Shown piece by piece: positions 41,866 to 52,910 of a stretch of DNA of 64,000 nt. The stretch comes from Bacillales bacterium (GTDB lineage: Bacteria; Bacillota; Bacilli; CAJFEE01), in assembly GCA_029256085.1 (NCBI GenBank), contig JAQSYP010000003.1, positions 3,891 to 67,890 on the forward strand, written 5' to 3'. How positions within the stretch are numbered: position 1 is the stretch's first letter; every line of letters starts with the position of its first letter. Both the position numbers and the translations under genes were made by a program. The notes under the pieces were generated by a model. That model was not told where the DNA came from, did no database searches, and saw only the letters and a list, made by a program, of their open reading frames with translations.

Positions 41866-41893
41866 AATATTTATGTGCATATATCATTAATAT
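41866..41893 (-). promoter_or_regulatory. Candidate σE-type promoter for cwlJ: on the minus strand the -35 is gCATATT and the -10 is CATAAATAT, with a 13-nt spacer.
   Basis: Resembles the σE consensus (ATATT…CATACA-T). cwlJ is σE-dependent in B. subtilis. Confidence 0.3.
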
Positions 41894-41951
41894 GCGCATG
41901 AATTTAAAATATGAAAGGGAGAGTGCATTTGTGACACTCTCCCTAAAAAAT

Positions 41952-42695
41952 TTATATTGAAAATAATTGTTGAAACTTTTCTGAATCTAAAAAATTACCT
42001 ACAAAAAATTGGCCAAATTCACCATATCTTGCACTTACCTCATCAAATCTCATTTCATAAACTAACTTTTTAAAGTTTAATGGATCGTCTCCAAATAAAG
42101 TAACTCCCCATTCCCAATCATCAAGTCCAACTGATCCAGAAACAATTTGAACAATTTTACCAGCATAATTCCTTCCAGTTTTACCGTGGGATGCCATATG
42201 CTTTCTACGTTCTTCCATAGGTAGCATATACCAATTATCACTCCCTTCACGACGTTTATTCATAGGATAAAAACAAATATGTTTAGTTTTAGGAAGCTTC
42301 GGGTATAATCGTGCTCTAATTTCAGGAACTTGATATGGATCTTCTTCTTTTGATAAGTAGTTACTTAACTCAACAATAGAAACGTAAGAATAAGCTGGTA
42401 AAAAATAATCTGAAATACGTAGCTTATTTAGTTCAAGCTCAGCACTATGTAATTCATCAAGTGTTGGCCTTAAAATCATAAACAAGATATCAGCCTTGTC
42501 CCCGACTACTGAATAAGAACCATGAGAACCTTGGTCTTCTTTTTCAGTTTGTGACCATTTTTTTAATAAGTCTTGTAATTCATTAATTAAAGAAGTTCTT
42601 TCTTCTGAAGGTAATATTCTCCATGAAACCCAATCAATACTTTTTAATATGTGTAACGAGTACCACCCGTCTAATGTTTTTGCTGCCTCAGTCAT
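41952..42695 (-). CDS. hemQ: Coproheme decarboxylase HemQ (chlorite dismutase family; YwfI-like).
   Basis: Chlorite dismutase fold motifs. Adjacent to pta, as in B. subtilis. AGGAGG RBS precedes the ATG at 42695. Confidence 0.8.
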   Translation of the reverse strand: MTEAAKTLDGWYSLHILKSIDWVSWRILPSEERTSLINELQDLLKKWSQTEKEDQGSHGSYSVVGDKADILFMILRPTLDELHSAELELNKLRISDYFLPAYSYVSIVELSNYLSKEEDPYQVPEIRARLYPKLPKTKHICFYPMNKRREGSDNWYMLPMEERRKHMASHGKTGRNYAGKIVQIVSGSVGLDDWEWGVTLFGDDPLNFKKLVYEMRFDEVSARYGEFGQFFVGNFLDSEKFQQLFSI

Positions 42696-42979
42696 TTTAA
42701 TTCCTCCTAAGAACGTGATAATAACTCTCATTTACAGTGTAACATGTTCATTATTTTTTCTAAATTATAATGTTTCTAAGTTATTAAAAATGGTATATAA
42801 TTATATATAACAGAGTGTGTATAATTTGTATAACAACTCCACAAACTGTTATATAATAAGGGTAAATTGGTGAAACATTACCAAAATTTTTTATGAATAA
42901 TTTTCAAAAAAGTATTCTCAGGATTACAAAAATGCATTATTCTAACTATAGAACAATTCATTCATGGGAGGCCTCCAAA

Positions 42980-43954
42980 GTGAGCGACTTATTTTCATTA
43001 TTAAAAGAAAGTATACAAGGTAAAAATACACGTATAGTATTTCCTGAAGGTAAAGACATAAGAGTCTTAAAAGCAGCTGTACGTTTAAAAGTTGAAAATA
43101 TAATAAATCCAGTTGTAATTGGTGATAAGGAAGAACTAGAAAAAATAGCTAGTGATGCTAATTTTAGTTTAACTAATTTAGAAATAATTAATCCAAACAC
43201 TTATGAAAAATTCGATGAGATGGTAGCATCATTTGTTGAAAGAAGAAAAGGCAAAGTTACTCTTGAAGATGCACATAAAATCTTAAAAGATGTAAATTAC
43301 TTTGGGACAATGTTGGTTTATTTAGAAATGGCAGATGGATTAGTTAGCGGTGCAATTCACTCAACTGGGGATACTGTTAGACCTGCATTGCAAATAATAA
43401 AGACTAGACCAGGGGTTTCAAGGACATCAGGTGTATTTATAATGGCTCGTAATGATGATAGATACGTTTTTGCTGATTGTGCAATTAACATCTCTCCAAA
43501 CAGTACTGACCTAGCTGAAATAGCAATAGAGAGTGCTAAAACTGCCGAGATGTTTGGAATTGAACCTAGAGTTGCGATGTTATCATTCTCGACAAAAGGT
43601 TCAGCCCATTCGCCTGAAACAACAAAGGTAGAAGAGGCAACGGCAATTGCACAAGAAATGGCACCAAATTTAGTCATAGACGGTGAGCTTCAATTTGATG
43701 CAGCGATTGTACCTTCAGTTGCAAAGCAAAAAGCTCCAAATTCAAAAATTAAAGGTGATGCAACAGTGTTTGTCTTCCCTACATTAGAAGCTGGAAATAT
43801 CGGCTATAAAATTGCTCAAAGACTAGGTGGATTTGATGCAGTAGGGCCAATCCTTCAAGGTCTTAACAAGCCTGTTAATGACTTATCTAGAGGTTGTAGT
43901 GAAGAAGATGTTTACAAATTGGCAATTATTACTGCGGCTCAAGCAGGTTTCTAA
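42980..43954 (+). CDS. pta: Phosphate acetyltransferase.
   Basis: GTG start with a GGGAGG RBS. The N-terminus VSDLFSLLKE…IVFPEGKD matches Pta. Confidence 0.85.
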   Translation: MSDLFSLLKESIQGKNTRIVFPEGKDIRVLKAAVRLKVENIINPVVIGDKEELEKIASDANFSLTNLEIINPNTYEKFDEMVASFVERRKGKVTLEDAHKILKDVNYFGTMLVYLEMADGLVSGAIHSTGDTVRPALQIIKTRPGVSRTSGVFIMARNDDRYVFADCAINISPNSTDLAEIAIESAKTAEMFGIEPRVAMLSFSTKGSAHSPETTKVEEATAIAQEMAPNLVIDGELQFDAAIVPSVAKQKAPNSKIKGDATVFVFPTLEAGNIGYKIAQRLGGFDAVGPILQGLNKPVNDLSRGCSEEDVYKLAIITAAQAGF

Positions 43955-43957
43955 TAT

Positions 43958-43998
43958 GAAAAAATCCCGTATGTCTCAAATAGACAACGGGATTTTTT
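43958..43998 (+). terminator. pta terminator.
   Basis: aaaaaatcccgt…acgggatttttttt hairpin and T-run. Confidence 0.65.
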
Positions 43999-44015
43999 TT
44001 AAGTGTATACTTGTA

Positions 44016-44403
44016 GAAAACTGCTCTCTTTCCGCGGGCACGGCCTCATGCTCCCCAGTTGTAAAAATGGATATTCGGCTCGTGATGTTGAGGTAAGTAA
44101 AAAACTAAAAATCATACGGAAACCTTGTGGTATTTCTAGTTCAGTGATGTTCAAGAATCTGCGAAGACTCCTAGGGGTTAGCTGGCAAAGGAAGACCCCG
44201 CAACGAGTTTGCGGGGGCCACTAAAAAACTAGCTTGTCAGAGTTCAGGAAACGAAAGTGAGTATTTTACTAAGTTGTATTGATTGTAGCGAAGGTGCTCG
44301 ACTCCTGCGGGAAAAGCAGGCTAAGTAAGACCCCGTAAGCGAGCGGAGCGAGTGCGGAGGCTTGCAGACTGCCCGCGGAAAGCGAGCACCGAAAGCGAAA
44401 ATC
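44016..44403. repeat. Nest of degenerate family-2 MITE fragments and GC-rich repeat units in a ~460-bp intergenic region.
   Basis: 44016-44090 matches the 5' half of family 2 (gaaaactgctctctttccgcgggcacggcctca…). 44362-44395 is an inverted 5' end fragment. GC content is far above the local background. Confidence 0.65.
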
Positions 44404-44414
44404 AACACTTATTC

Positions 44415-45209
44415 TTATTCTGCAACTTTTTCTAAATTTCCATTTTTATCCATTTTAAATGCTGTAGTAGCGCGGTCTTCTTCCTCAAACAGAACTAGCT
44501 TTCTAGCTCTATTTAAGATCTTCATAAGCGTATCATAGTCCTCGTGCATTGAAGTCGCTTCTGCCTCGAGTGTTTTAACACGGTTTTGTAAATCCTCAAC
44601 CATATTTTTTAAATTATTATTTTCTCGAGCTAGTCTTGAATTTTCGTATTGCAACATACTATCTTGAGCTGTTTGTACTTTTAGCGTTCTTAAATATTGA
44701 ATTACCTCATCAATTGTTAAATTACCGCCGTTTAAACTATTATTCGGTAATTGACGATCACTTTGAAACGATGGTTGAACTCTATCATTATTTAGAGGTA
44801 TTGTTAACTCATTACTTACCTCATTATTGTAATCATTCACGGCGTAATTAACTTGGGCGTTATTTTGTTCATATGATTCTACTACAGGATTTAGTTGTTC
44901 ACTAGTATGAAAGGTTGTATTTACAGCAGGTGTATATAGTAAATTCTTTTTAACTTTAACAGTAGTTGGTGCTGTATATGCACGTTTCTTATCTTTCCTA
45001 AATTTCTTAGCTAGTTGTAATGCTTTCTCGTATTTGTGCCTAACAACTGCATTCCAACGAAAGCCACACGCAGCAGATGTTCTATTAAGAATATCTCCGA
45101 CTTCCTCAAATGCGTTTAATTGTGTACTACCTTCACGTACGTGACGCAAAACAGTTTCAGCTAATAGTAAATCATTTTCGTCCGACCATGCATCTTGACG
45201 CAATTTCAT
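44415..45209 (-). CDS. rsfA: RsfA-family prespore-specific transcriptional regulator (Myb-like HTH).
   Basis: N-terminal WSDENDLLLAETVLRHVREGSTQLNAFEEVGDILNRTSAACGFRWN is a SANT/Myb-like motif of RsfA. Confidence 0.7.
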   Translation of the reverse strand: MKLRQDAWSDENDLLLAETVLRHVREGSTQLNAFEEVGDILNRTSAACGFRWNAVVRHKYEKALQLAKKFRKDKKRAYTAPTTVKVKKNLLYTPAVNTTFHTSEQLNPVVESYEQNNAQVNYAVNDYNNEVSNELTIPLNNDRVQPSFQSDRQLPNNSLNGGNLTIDEVIQYLRTLKVQTAQDSMLQYENSRLARENNNLKNMVEDLQNRVKTLEAEATSMHEDYDTLMKILNRARKLVLFEEEDRATTAFKMDKNGNLEKVAE

Positions 45210-45400
45210 TAAAAAAATCTCCCTTCACTTTAAAAAAATTCTAGATGCTACTATCTTGTACAAAAATAGTAATGTTTATACGAAAATGGTAAAAAGTATA
45301 ATAGATTAATACAAAAGTTGGATTATTGCATTGTTTTTGTGATAGATGTAAAATACGCATTAGTGATTAAGTTTTTTTAAAATGAAAGGAATGCAGTTTA

Positions 45401-45643
45401 ATGGCAAATGAGTTTCGAATATGCGATGAATGTCTTGCTACTAATATAAAAACACTAGTACCTAGATTGAAAAAAATAGATCCTGAGGCAACGATACAAA
45501 TAGGATGTCAATCTTATTGTGGCCCTGGCCGTAAAAAAGTATTTGCCTTTGTAAATGATAAGCCGTTAACAGGTATGACAGAGGACGAGTTGATTAAAAA
45601 AATTGAGAAAAAAATAGGTACTAAACAAATTTCAAATATTTAA
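45401..45643 (+). CDS. DUF1450 family small Cys-containing protein.
   Basis: 80 aa with CDEC…C…C motifs. Terminator at 45662-45705. Confidence 0.55.
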   Translation: MANEFRICDECLATNIKTLVPRLKKIDPEATIQIGCQSYCGPGRKKVFAFVNDKPLTGMTEDELIKKIEKKIGTKQISNI

Positions 45644-45798
45644 TTTAAATTTAAATAATAAGCTAGAATTGCGAATAATATGACCGCAACTCTAGCTTTT
45701 TTTTACATCAAATTTTCAAAAATGTTAATATTTAATGTTTAACACGATAAATTTAAAAGTTATAATGATAATTAAGATGTTGGAAAGGGGGGTTTTTT

Positions 45799-47094
45799 GT
45801 GAATCCCGAAAAAAAACTTAGCGAAGAAAAAGTTTTTAAAGACCCTGTACATAGATATATTCATGTAAGGGATAAATTAATTTGGGATTTAATAGGAACT
45901 AAAGAATTCCAAAGATTACGTAGAATAAAGCAGCTAGGTACAACATATTTAACTTTTCATGGAGCAGAACATAGTAGATTTAGTCACTCACTCGGAGTGT
46001 ATGAAATAATACGTAGAATAATAGATGACGTTTTTAAAGGCAGAGACGAATGGGATGAAGGTGAAAGGTTAGTGACGTTGTGTGCAGCACTATTACACGA
46101 TGTTGGTCATGGTCCGTTTTCGCATTCCTTTGAAAAAGTATTTCACTTAGATCATGAGAGTTTTACACAAAAAATAATTTTAGGGGAAACAGAAGTTAAT
46201 AATGTCCTAAAAGAAGAAGGTGCAGATTTCCCAACTAAAGTTTCTGAGGTAATTGCCAAAACTTATAAAAACAAACAAGTTATAAGTCTAATTTCAAGTC
46301 AAATTGACGCTGATAGGATGGATTATTTATTACGAGATGCATATTACACGGGAGTGAGTTATGGTAATTTTGACATGGAAAGAATTCTCCGAACAATGAG
46401 ACCTCGTGAAGATATGGTTGTTTTTAAAAGTAGTGGTATGCATGCTGTAGAAGACTATATAATGAGTCGCTACCAGATGTATTGGCAAGTTTATTTTCAT
46501 CCAGTAACAAGAAGCGCAGAGGTAATACTATCAAAAATATTACATAGAGCTAAAAAACTATATTTGAATGGATATGAGTTTAAGTACCACCCAACACATT
46601 TTGAATCTATTTTTAACGGATCAGTAACATTAGAAGATTATATTAGGTTAGATGAAGGTGTTGCCTTTTATTATTTTCAGCAGTGGCTAGATGAGGAAGA
46701 TAAAATTTTAAAAGATTTATGTGATAGGTTTTTAAATCGTAGGTTGTTTCAATACATTGAATTTAATGCCTTATTACAACTAGATAAATGGAGTGAATTA
46801 ACAAACCTCTTTAAGAAAGCTGGTATTGATCCTGAGTACTATTTAGTACCAGATTCTTCTTCGGATCTACCATATGATTACTATCGTCCAGGTGAAGAAG
46901 AGGAAAGATTACCTATTTATTTGTTAATGGGGAATAATGATATCCGTGAATTATCAAGGGAGTCATTTATAGTTGAGGCTATTTCAGGGAAAAAACGTAC
47001 AGATCATAAGCTATATTTTCCTTTAGACTTAATTAATGATACTAGCTCAAAGAAAAAATACAAAGAAGAAATCAAGAGAATATTAGGCATATAG
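45799..47094 (+). CDS. HD-domain phosphohydrolase (YwfO-like).
   Basis: HD motif HSRFSHSLGV…LLHDVGHGPFSH. GTG start with a GGGGGG RBS. Confidence 0.8.
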   Translation: MNPEKKLSEEKVFKDPVHRYIHVRDKLIWDLIGTKEFQRLRRIKQLGTTYLTFHGAEHSRFSHSLGVYEIIRRIIDDVFKGRDEWDEGERLVTLCAALLHDVGHGPFSHSFEKVFHLDHESFTQKIILGETEVNNVLKEEGADFPTKVSEVIAKTYKNKQVISLISSQIDADRMDYLLRDAYYTGVSYGNFDMERILRTMRPREDMVVFKSSGMHAVEDYIMSRYQMYWQVYFHPVTRSAEVILSKILHRAKKLYLNGYEFKYHPTHFESIFNGSVTLEDYIRLDEGVAFYYFQQWLDEEDKILKDLCDRFLNRRLFQYIEFNALLQLDKWSELTNLFKKAGIDPEYYLVPDSSSDLPYDYYRPGEEEERLPIYLLMGNNDIRELSRESFIVEAISGKKRTDHKLYFPLDLINDTSSKKKYKEEIKRILGI

Positions 47095-47097
47095 GCG

Positions 47098-47616
47098 GTG
47101 TATTTCGTGCTTGAATCATACATTTATATTTTAGAGTTTATAAACAAAGCAAAAGAAATAAGTGGTAGGAAGAAACTTCAGAAAATGATATACATATCAA
47201 AGAAATTCAATCTACCATTTATTGAGCGTTTTAACTTTCATTTTTATGGACCTTATTCGGATGAGTTGACTGTTAAGGTTGAAGAACTTTGTAATATGGG
47301 ATTAATTGAAGAAGAGAAAACTAAAAAAAGTGGAGCAACGCAATATGTTTATCGACTAACAAATAAAGGTGAAGATGTTTTAACCAATCACCTTGAACAA
47401 TTGAGAGAACACATACCTTTAATCAACAATTTACAAAATCAAACATCTAGATTTTTGGAATTAGTTGCAACTCTACTATATTTTGAGAGTTTAAGTATGA
47501 TAGAGGCAATAGAAAAAGTAAAGAGCCTGAAAAGTAAACAGAACTATACTGATGAGGAGTTTACTATAGCATATGACTTTATTGAAAAGCTAAAGAAAAA
47601 CGAGGTGGCTTGCTAG
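47098..47616 (+). CDS. YwgA-like hypothetical protein.
   Basis: Position after the ywfO-like gene; no catalytic motifs. Confidence 0.5.
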   Translation: MYFVLESYIYILEFINKAKEISGRKKLQKMIYISKKFNLPFIERFNFHFYGPYSDELTVKVEELCNMGLIEEEKTKKSGATQYVYRLTNKGEDVLTNHLEQLREHIPLINNLQNQTSRFLELVATLLYFESLSMIEAIEKVKSLKSKQNYTDEEFTIAYDFIEKLKKNEVAC

Positions 47617-47639
47617 CCCCTCGTTTTATCATCATTTTT

Positions 47640-47825
47640 TTATTGATCGCTTAAGCGAACACCTGCTACTGCATAGTGGCTTTTCGGCATATCTTCAATA
47701 AATACAACAACCTTTTCTACTGGTGCACCAGTTGTTTCACTTACAACTGCAGTTACTTTTTCAACAAGATTTTTCTTTTGCTCGTCAGTACGTCCTTCTA
47801 ACATTTTAACTGTTACGTATGGCAT
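47640..47825 (-). CDS. 4-oxalocrotonate tautomerase family protein (YwhB-like).
   Basis: 61 aa with an N-terminal Pro1 (MPYVTVKMLEGRT). Confidence 0.85.
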   Translation of the reverse strand: MPYVTVKMLEGRTDEQKKNLVEKVTAVVSETTGAPVEKVVVFIEDMPKSHYAVAGVRLSDQ

Positions 47826-47945
47826 TTAGTTGACCCCCATATAATTGATAATATGACTAGTTTCTGCTTAAATAATGTTATTATGTACTTAGCAAACACT
47901 ATCATAATTAAATTATAATATAAATAAATTTGGAGGACAAAATTT

Positions 47946-48596
47946 TTGGAAAATACTTTTATAGATTCATTAAGAGATTTACCATTTATTATTATTTCGT
48001 TAGTTATTGCTTTTTCTGTTCATGAGTTCGCCCATGCATATACAGCATACAAATTCGGGGATAATACCGCCGCAAGAGAAGGCAGATTAACGCTTTCTCC
48101 GAGAAGTCATATCGATCCAATCGGAGCTATAGCAATTTTTCTTTTAGGATTTGGTTGGGCGAGGCCTGTACCAGTAAACCCTAGAAATTTCAAAAATCCA
48201 AGAACTGCTGGAATTTTAGTATCTTTGGCTGGACCTGCGAGTAACTTAATACTCGCTACTATAGGAATGTTTATACTTATTCAACTAGTCAAACTTGGTA
48301 TTTCAGACGGTAGCAATTATGGCAGTACTTTAACAGATTTTTTTCAAGTGTTTATCCAATTAAACGTAATTTTGTTTGTGTTTAATCTATTGCCGATCCC
48401 ACCATTAGATGGTTATAGAATAATTTTTGATCTTGTGCCTAGAAGGGTTCAGTGGACATTGAACAAATATGAGGCATATGGAATGATTATTTTTTTAATA
48501 TTAGTAATTACTCCTTTGAATGCGTATACTATTGGCTACCTATTCAGGACAGTTGTACCTGGAATAATGTACGGTTTACAAGGGATTTTCGTTTAA
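47946..48596 (+). CDS. Site-2 protease family (M50) zinc metalloprotease (YwhC-like).
   Basis: HEFAHA zinc-binding motif within a TM helix. Confidence 0.8.
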   Translation: MENTFIDSLRDLPFIIISLVIAFSVHEFAHAYTAYKFGDNTAAREGRLTLSPRSHIDPIGAIAIFLLGFGWARPVPVNPRNFKNPRTAGILVSLAGPASNLILATIGMFILIQLVKLGISDGSNYGSTLTDFFQVFIQLNVILFVFNLLPIPPLDGYRIIFDLVPRRVQWTLNKYEAYGMIIFLILVITPLNAYTIGYLFRTVVPGIMYGLQGIFV

Positions 48597-48737
48597 TAAA
48601 AGCAGTTCCAAAGTTGAAATTTGGAACTGCTTTATTTTGTGATTGGAAGTTTTTCGACACGACGGTGCGGTTTTCCATAAAAATGGTGCAATCTAATCCT
48701 ACCAATCAAGATCTATCAACTAATTTGTCGAAGAATA

Positions 48738-48848
48738 ATAAAGAAAACTCGGCGATTGCCGAGCTTTTAAAGCGACTGCAGAGCCGTAGTTGCACTTATG
48801 CGTTAGGAAAGTATGAACTACTCAGAAGTTTATCCTTTCCTATTAGCC
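48738..48848 (-). repeat. MITE-like repeat family 1, copy C (inverted orientation).
   Basis: The reverse complement aligns with copies A and B. Confidence 0.8.
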
Positions 48849-48881
48849 AAAAAAACCATCCCAAACAGAATTTGAGATGGT

Positions 48882-50945
48882 TTATCGTATCAATTTTTTA
48901 AGACTGTCGAAAAAGCTTCCTTTTTTATGAGGTTCTTTCTCTTTTTTTTGTTTTTCGAGTTCGCTACCAGGGTGTACTTCACACGGTTCGGATGGTTCAG
49001 TACCAGCCTTAAAGTATACTAAACGTTTAAGTTTACAATTTTTTGTAGCTACTTTACCGTTAATTGGATCAATGTAAACACCAACTACATCTTTTGGTGG
49101 AGTAAATTCGGTAATTTTCTTGTCTCGATGAGTTTCTTCCATAATTTTAGCCCACAAGTTCCGAGATAATACTTTATCTCTAGCAAGCTCCAACAATTTT
49201 CCTTTATCGTATCCTACCCAAACACCTGTTACTAACTGTGGGGTATAACCTATCATCCAACTATCAGTATTAGTAGAACCTGATTTTCCAGCATATGGAC
49301 GGGACAACATTTTTGCAATACCAGCACCAGTTACAGGAGTATATGAATTTAAATTCGAATCAAACATTCCGGTCATTAAATGTGTTGTAACAAATGCTTC
49401 GGATGTTTTTAAAAGTTGCTTTCTATTAGCATTGTCATGATTATAAATTACGTTCCCTTTATTATCTTCAACACGCTCGATGAAATTGGGCTCGATTTCC
49501 TTACCACCATTTGCTATTATGCCGTAAGCATTTACCATATCTATTACTCTAACAGGTGATGTACCAAGGGCTAAACTTGGAACCTTTTGTAATGGTGAAT
49601 CAATGCCTAATTTTTTTGCAGTGTTAATTAATGTATCTTCACCTAAAAACAAATGAGTCTTAACAGCATAAACATTATCTGAAACAGCAATTGCCTGTGC
49701 CATTGTAATAAAATCATCTGCATAGTAGTTATTATAATTACTTGGCTTATAGGATTTGCCCTTTTCATCTACTAGAAAAGATGTATATTCACTTTTCATT
49801 GTTGTGGAAGGGGTAAATCCATTCTCTAGGGCAGCATAATATAATAACGGTTTCATAGTCGAACCAGGCTGTCTTATAGCTTGAGTCGCTCTATTGAATG
49901 GTGAAACCTTATAGTCTTTACCACCCATCAAAGCCCGAACGTTGCCTGTGGAAGGGTCTATTGATACAACAGCTAACTGAACTTCTGAGTCAACAGCAAC
50001 TTCCTGTTTTACGGTCTTTTCTACAATACTCTGTGCTTCTGTATTAAGAGTCGTATATACTCTTAAGCCGCCCTTTTCAATTTGTTCGCTATTGAGTTTC
50101 AATTTATTTGATAATTGTTTTTTTACTTCATCGATAAAGTAAGGTGCGAAGTAATTATCACGCTGCTTCTTTTTTACAAAAGTGAAAGGTTTATTTTTAG
50201 CGTTTTCAACCTCAGCTTTTGATATATATCCTTGGCTTTTCATCGTCTTTAAAACAAGATATTGACGTTCCTTAGACTTGTCAAAATTAATAAGCGGTGA
50301 AAAAACTGAAGGCCCTTTAGGTATGCCAACTAGTAAAGTCGCTTCACTAAGAGATAAATCTCTTGCGCTTTTACCAAAATAATACTGTGCAGCAGCTTCT
50401 ATTCCGTAGGCTCCATGACCAAAGTAGATCGTATTTAAATATCCTTCGATAATCCGCTTTTTTTCATAGTTTGCTTCTAATCTAAGGGTATAATAAGCCT
50501 CAGCAGCTTTCCTAAGCCATGACTTTTCATGAGTCAAATAGAGATTACGAGCGTATTGTTGAGTTATTGTACTTGCTCCTTGAACTTTAGCCATAGACTT
50601 TAAGTCAATTAAGATTGCTGCTCCAATTCTTTTTAAATCAAATCCATTATGTTGATAAAACCTCTTATCCTCTATAGCTACCGTAGCTTGAATAACCCAA
50701 GGTGAGATTTGCTCGAATGGAACCCAATAACGTTTCTGACCAAAGTGACTTTCACCAATTTTAGCTCCATCGCTCGAATAATAGACAGTGGATTGAGTTA
50801 CCGTAGTTTCTGGTGGGCCTTGGAATTTAACGATTGCATATATAGAAATTAATGAGAACATAACTATAATAGCTATTAAACTGTTTATTACAAAAGTATA
50901 GCGTAAGTATTTAGTTGTCTTCTTATTTAAGTTTCGATAACGCAT
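48882..50945 (-). CDS. Class A penicillin-binding protein (transglycosylase plus transpeptidase; PbpG/YwhE-like).
   Basis: GT51 motifs (EDKRFYQHNG; RKxxE) and transpeptidase STMK/SxN/KTG motifs. Confidence 0.85.
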   Translation of the reverse strand: MRYRNLNKKTTKYLRYTFVINSLIAIIVMFSLISIYAIVKFQGPPETTVTQSTVYYSSDGAKIGESHFGQKRYWVPFEQISPWVIQATVAIEDKRFYQHNGFDLKRIGAAILIDLKSMAKVQGASTITQQYARNLYLTHEKSWLRKAAEAYYTLRLEANYEKKRIIEGYLNTIYFGHGAYGIEAAAQYYFGKSARDLSLSEATLLVGIPKGPSVFSPLINFDKSKERQYLVLKTMKSQGYISKAEVENAKNKPFTFVKKKQRDNYFAPYFIDEVKKQLSNKLKLNSEQIEKGGLRVYTTLNTEAQSIVEKTVKQEVAVDSEVQLAVVSIDPSTGNVRALMGGKDYKVSPFNRATQAIRQPGSTMKPLLYYAALENGFTPSTTMKSEYTSFLVDEKGKSYKPSNYNNYYADDFITMAQAIAVSDNVYAVKTHLFLGEDTLINTAKKLGIDSPLQKVPSLALGTSPVRVIDMVNAYGIIANGGKEIEPNFIERVEDNKGNVIYNHDNANRKQLLKTSEAFVTTHLMTGMFDSNLNSYTPVTGAGIAKMLSRPYAGKSGSTNTDSWMIGYTPQLVTGVWVGYDKGKLLELARDKVLSRNLWAKIMEETHRDKKITEFTPPKDVVGVYIDPINGKVATKNCKLKRLVYFKAGTEPSEPCEVHPGSELEKQKKEKEPHKKGSFFDSLKKLIR

Positions 50946-51139
50946 TTTCCCCACCTAATTAGTTTGAATTTTATTAATTAGTATGGATTTTTATCAAGAT
51001 TCTTAAACACTAGCTTTAGTAATTAAATATTTTTATTGCATTTTTGCTAGTTTTTTATATACTTGAATTTGTGTTTGTAATTGTCGAAAATTAGGACAAT
51101 CTAAATATATATACTTTTTAAATGAAGGGAAGTAACATT

Positions 51140-51967
51140 ATGGAATTATGGTTTACTGAAAAACAAACAAAGAGCTTTGGAATAACAGCAAAGATAAACA
51201 AAACTTTACATACGGAACAAACAGAATTTCAAAAATTAGATATGGTTGAAACTGAAGAATTCGGAAACATGTTAATACTTGATGGAATGGTTATGACTAC
51301 TCAAAAAGATGAGTTTGTATATCATGAGATGGTTGCTCACATTCCTTTATTTACGCATCCGAACCCTGAGAATGTACTAGTAGTTGGTGGGGGAGATGGA
51401 GGAGTAATTCGTGAAGTATTGAAGCACCCTTCTGTTAAAAAAGCTACATTAGTAGAAATTGATGGAAAAGTTATCGAGTATTCAAAGATATATTTACCTG
51501 AAATCGCAGGAGAATTAGAAAACCCACGTGTAGATGTAAAAGTTGACGATGGTTTCATGCATATTGCTCAGAGTGAAAACGTTTATGACGTAATTATGGT
51601 AGACTCTACAGAACCAGTTGGACCAGCTGTTAACTTATTCACAAAAGGTTTCTATGCAGGGATTTCAAAAGCACTTAAAGAAGATGGTATCTTTGTAGCA
51701 CAAACTGATAATCCTTGGTTTACTCCAGAATTAATTACTAATGTTCAAAGTGATGTGAAAGAAATTTTCCCAATCGTAAAGCTATACATAGCTAACATTC
51801 CAACATATCCAAGTGGTATGTGGACTTTCACATTAGGATCTAAAAAACACGATCCATTAGAAGTAGCAGAAGAACGTTTCCATGAAATTGAAACTAAGTA
51901 TTACACTAAAGAGCTTCATAAAGCTGCTTTCGTATTACCAAAATTCGTACAAGACTTAATTAAATAA
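51140..51967 (+). CDS. speE: Spermidine synthase.
   Basis: [15 protein letters not shown] motif. GAAGGGAAG RBS precedes the ATG at 51140. Confidence 0.9.
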   Translation: MELWFTEKQTKSFGITAKINKTLHTEQTEFQKLDMVETEEFGNMLILDGMVMTTQKDEFVYHEMVAHIPLFTHPNPENVLVVGGGDGGVIREVLKHPSVKKATLVEIDGKVIEYSKIYLPEIAGELENPRVDVKVDDGFMHIAQSENVYDVIMVDSTEPVGPAVNLFTKGFYAGISKALKEDGIFVAQTDNPWFTPELITNVQSDVKEIFPIVKLYIANIPTYPSGMWTFTLGSKKHDPLEVAEERFHEIETKYYTKELHKAAFVLPKFVQDLIK

Positions 51968-51980
51968 GGTGGTGCATAGC

Positions 51981-52853
51981 ATGCGTTTTGATGAAGCGTA
52001 TTCAGGGAATGTATTTATAAAAAGTCATCCTAATTATGAAGAAAGCCAAGCTGTAATTTACGGTATGCCTATGGATTGGACGGTCAGCTTTAGACCAGGA
52101 TCTAGATTCGGTCCAGCTCGTATACGTGAAGTTTCTTTAGGATTAGAAGAATATAGCCCATACTTTGATAAAGAACTTGAGGATGTAAAATACTTTGATG
52201 CGGGTGACATACCATTACCTTTTGGAAATCCCCAAAGAAGTTTAGATGAAATAGAACAGTTTGTAACTAAGATAATTGAAGATGGTAAATTTCCTTTAGG
52301 TCTTGGTGGAGAGCATTTATGTGCTTGGCCAGTAATTAAGGCTATGGCAAAAAAACACCCTAACCTAGCTGTAATCCATATGGATGCTCATGCTGATTTA
52401 CGAGAGCAATATGAAGGCGAGCCGTTATCACATTCAACTCCTATTCGTAAGGCATGTAACCTACTCGGTCCTGAAAATGTTTACTCATTTGGTATTCGTT
52501 CAGGAATGAAGGAAGAATTCGACTATGCAAAAGAAGCGGGAATGTTTTTAGCAAAATTTGAAGTACTAAAGCCACTATTAGAAGTGCTTCCGACTCTAAA
52601 AGGTCGTCCTGTGTACGTAACAATTGATATCGATGTTCTTGACCCTGCACATGCACCAGGAACTGGCACTGCAGAAGCGGGTGGAATAACATCTAAAGAA
52701 TTATTAGACTCAATCATGGCAATTGCTAATTCAGATGTTAATGTTGTTGGGTGTGACTTAGTAGAAGTTGCTCCAATTTACGATTCTTCAGAACAAACAC
52801 AAATTGCGGCAAGCAAATTTGTTCGTGAAATGTTATTAGGTTGGGTAAAATAA
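51981..52853 (+). CDS. speB: Agmatinase.
   Basis: Arginase-family Mn-binding motifs (GGEH; DAHADL; DIDVLDPA). Confidence 0.9.
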   Translation: MRFDEAYSGNVFIKSHPNYEESQAVIYGMPMDWTVSFRPGSRFGPARIREVSLGLEEYSPYFDKELEDVKYFDAGDIPLPFGNPQRSLDEIEQFVTKIIEDGKFPLGLGGEHLCAWPVIKAMAKKHPNLAVIHMDAHADLREQYEGEPLSHSTPIRKACNLLGPENVYSFGIRSGMKEEFDYAKEAGMFLAKFEVLKPLLEVLPTLKGRPVYVTIDIDVLDPAHAPGTGTAEAGGITSKELLDSIMAIANSDVNVVGCDLVEVAPIYDSSEQTQIAASKFVREMLLGWVK

Positions 52854-52910
52854 TATAAAATAAAGAAGCTAGACCTTAATGGTTTAGCTTTTTAAATTAT
52901 TAAAATCATA

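Noticed and set aside
43878-44224. ORFs 43878-44096 and 44003-44224 downstream of pta.
   Set aside because: They lie inside the GC-rich MITE fragment nest. There is no RBS, and the composition reflects repeat sequence rather than coding.
48614-48901. 95-aa plus-strand ORF.
   Set aside because: It spans MITE family 1 copy C and overlaps the PBP gene end; it is a repeat-derived artefact.
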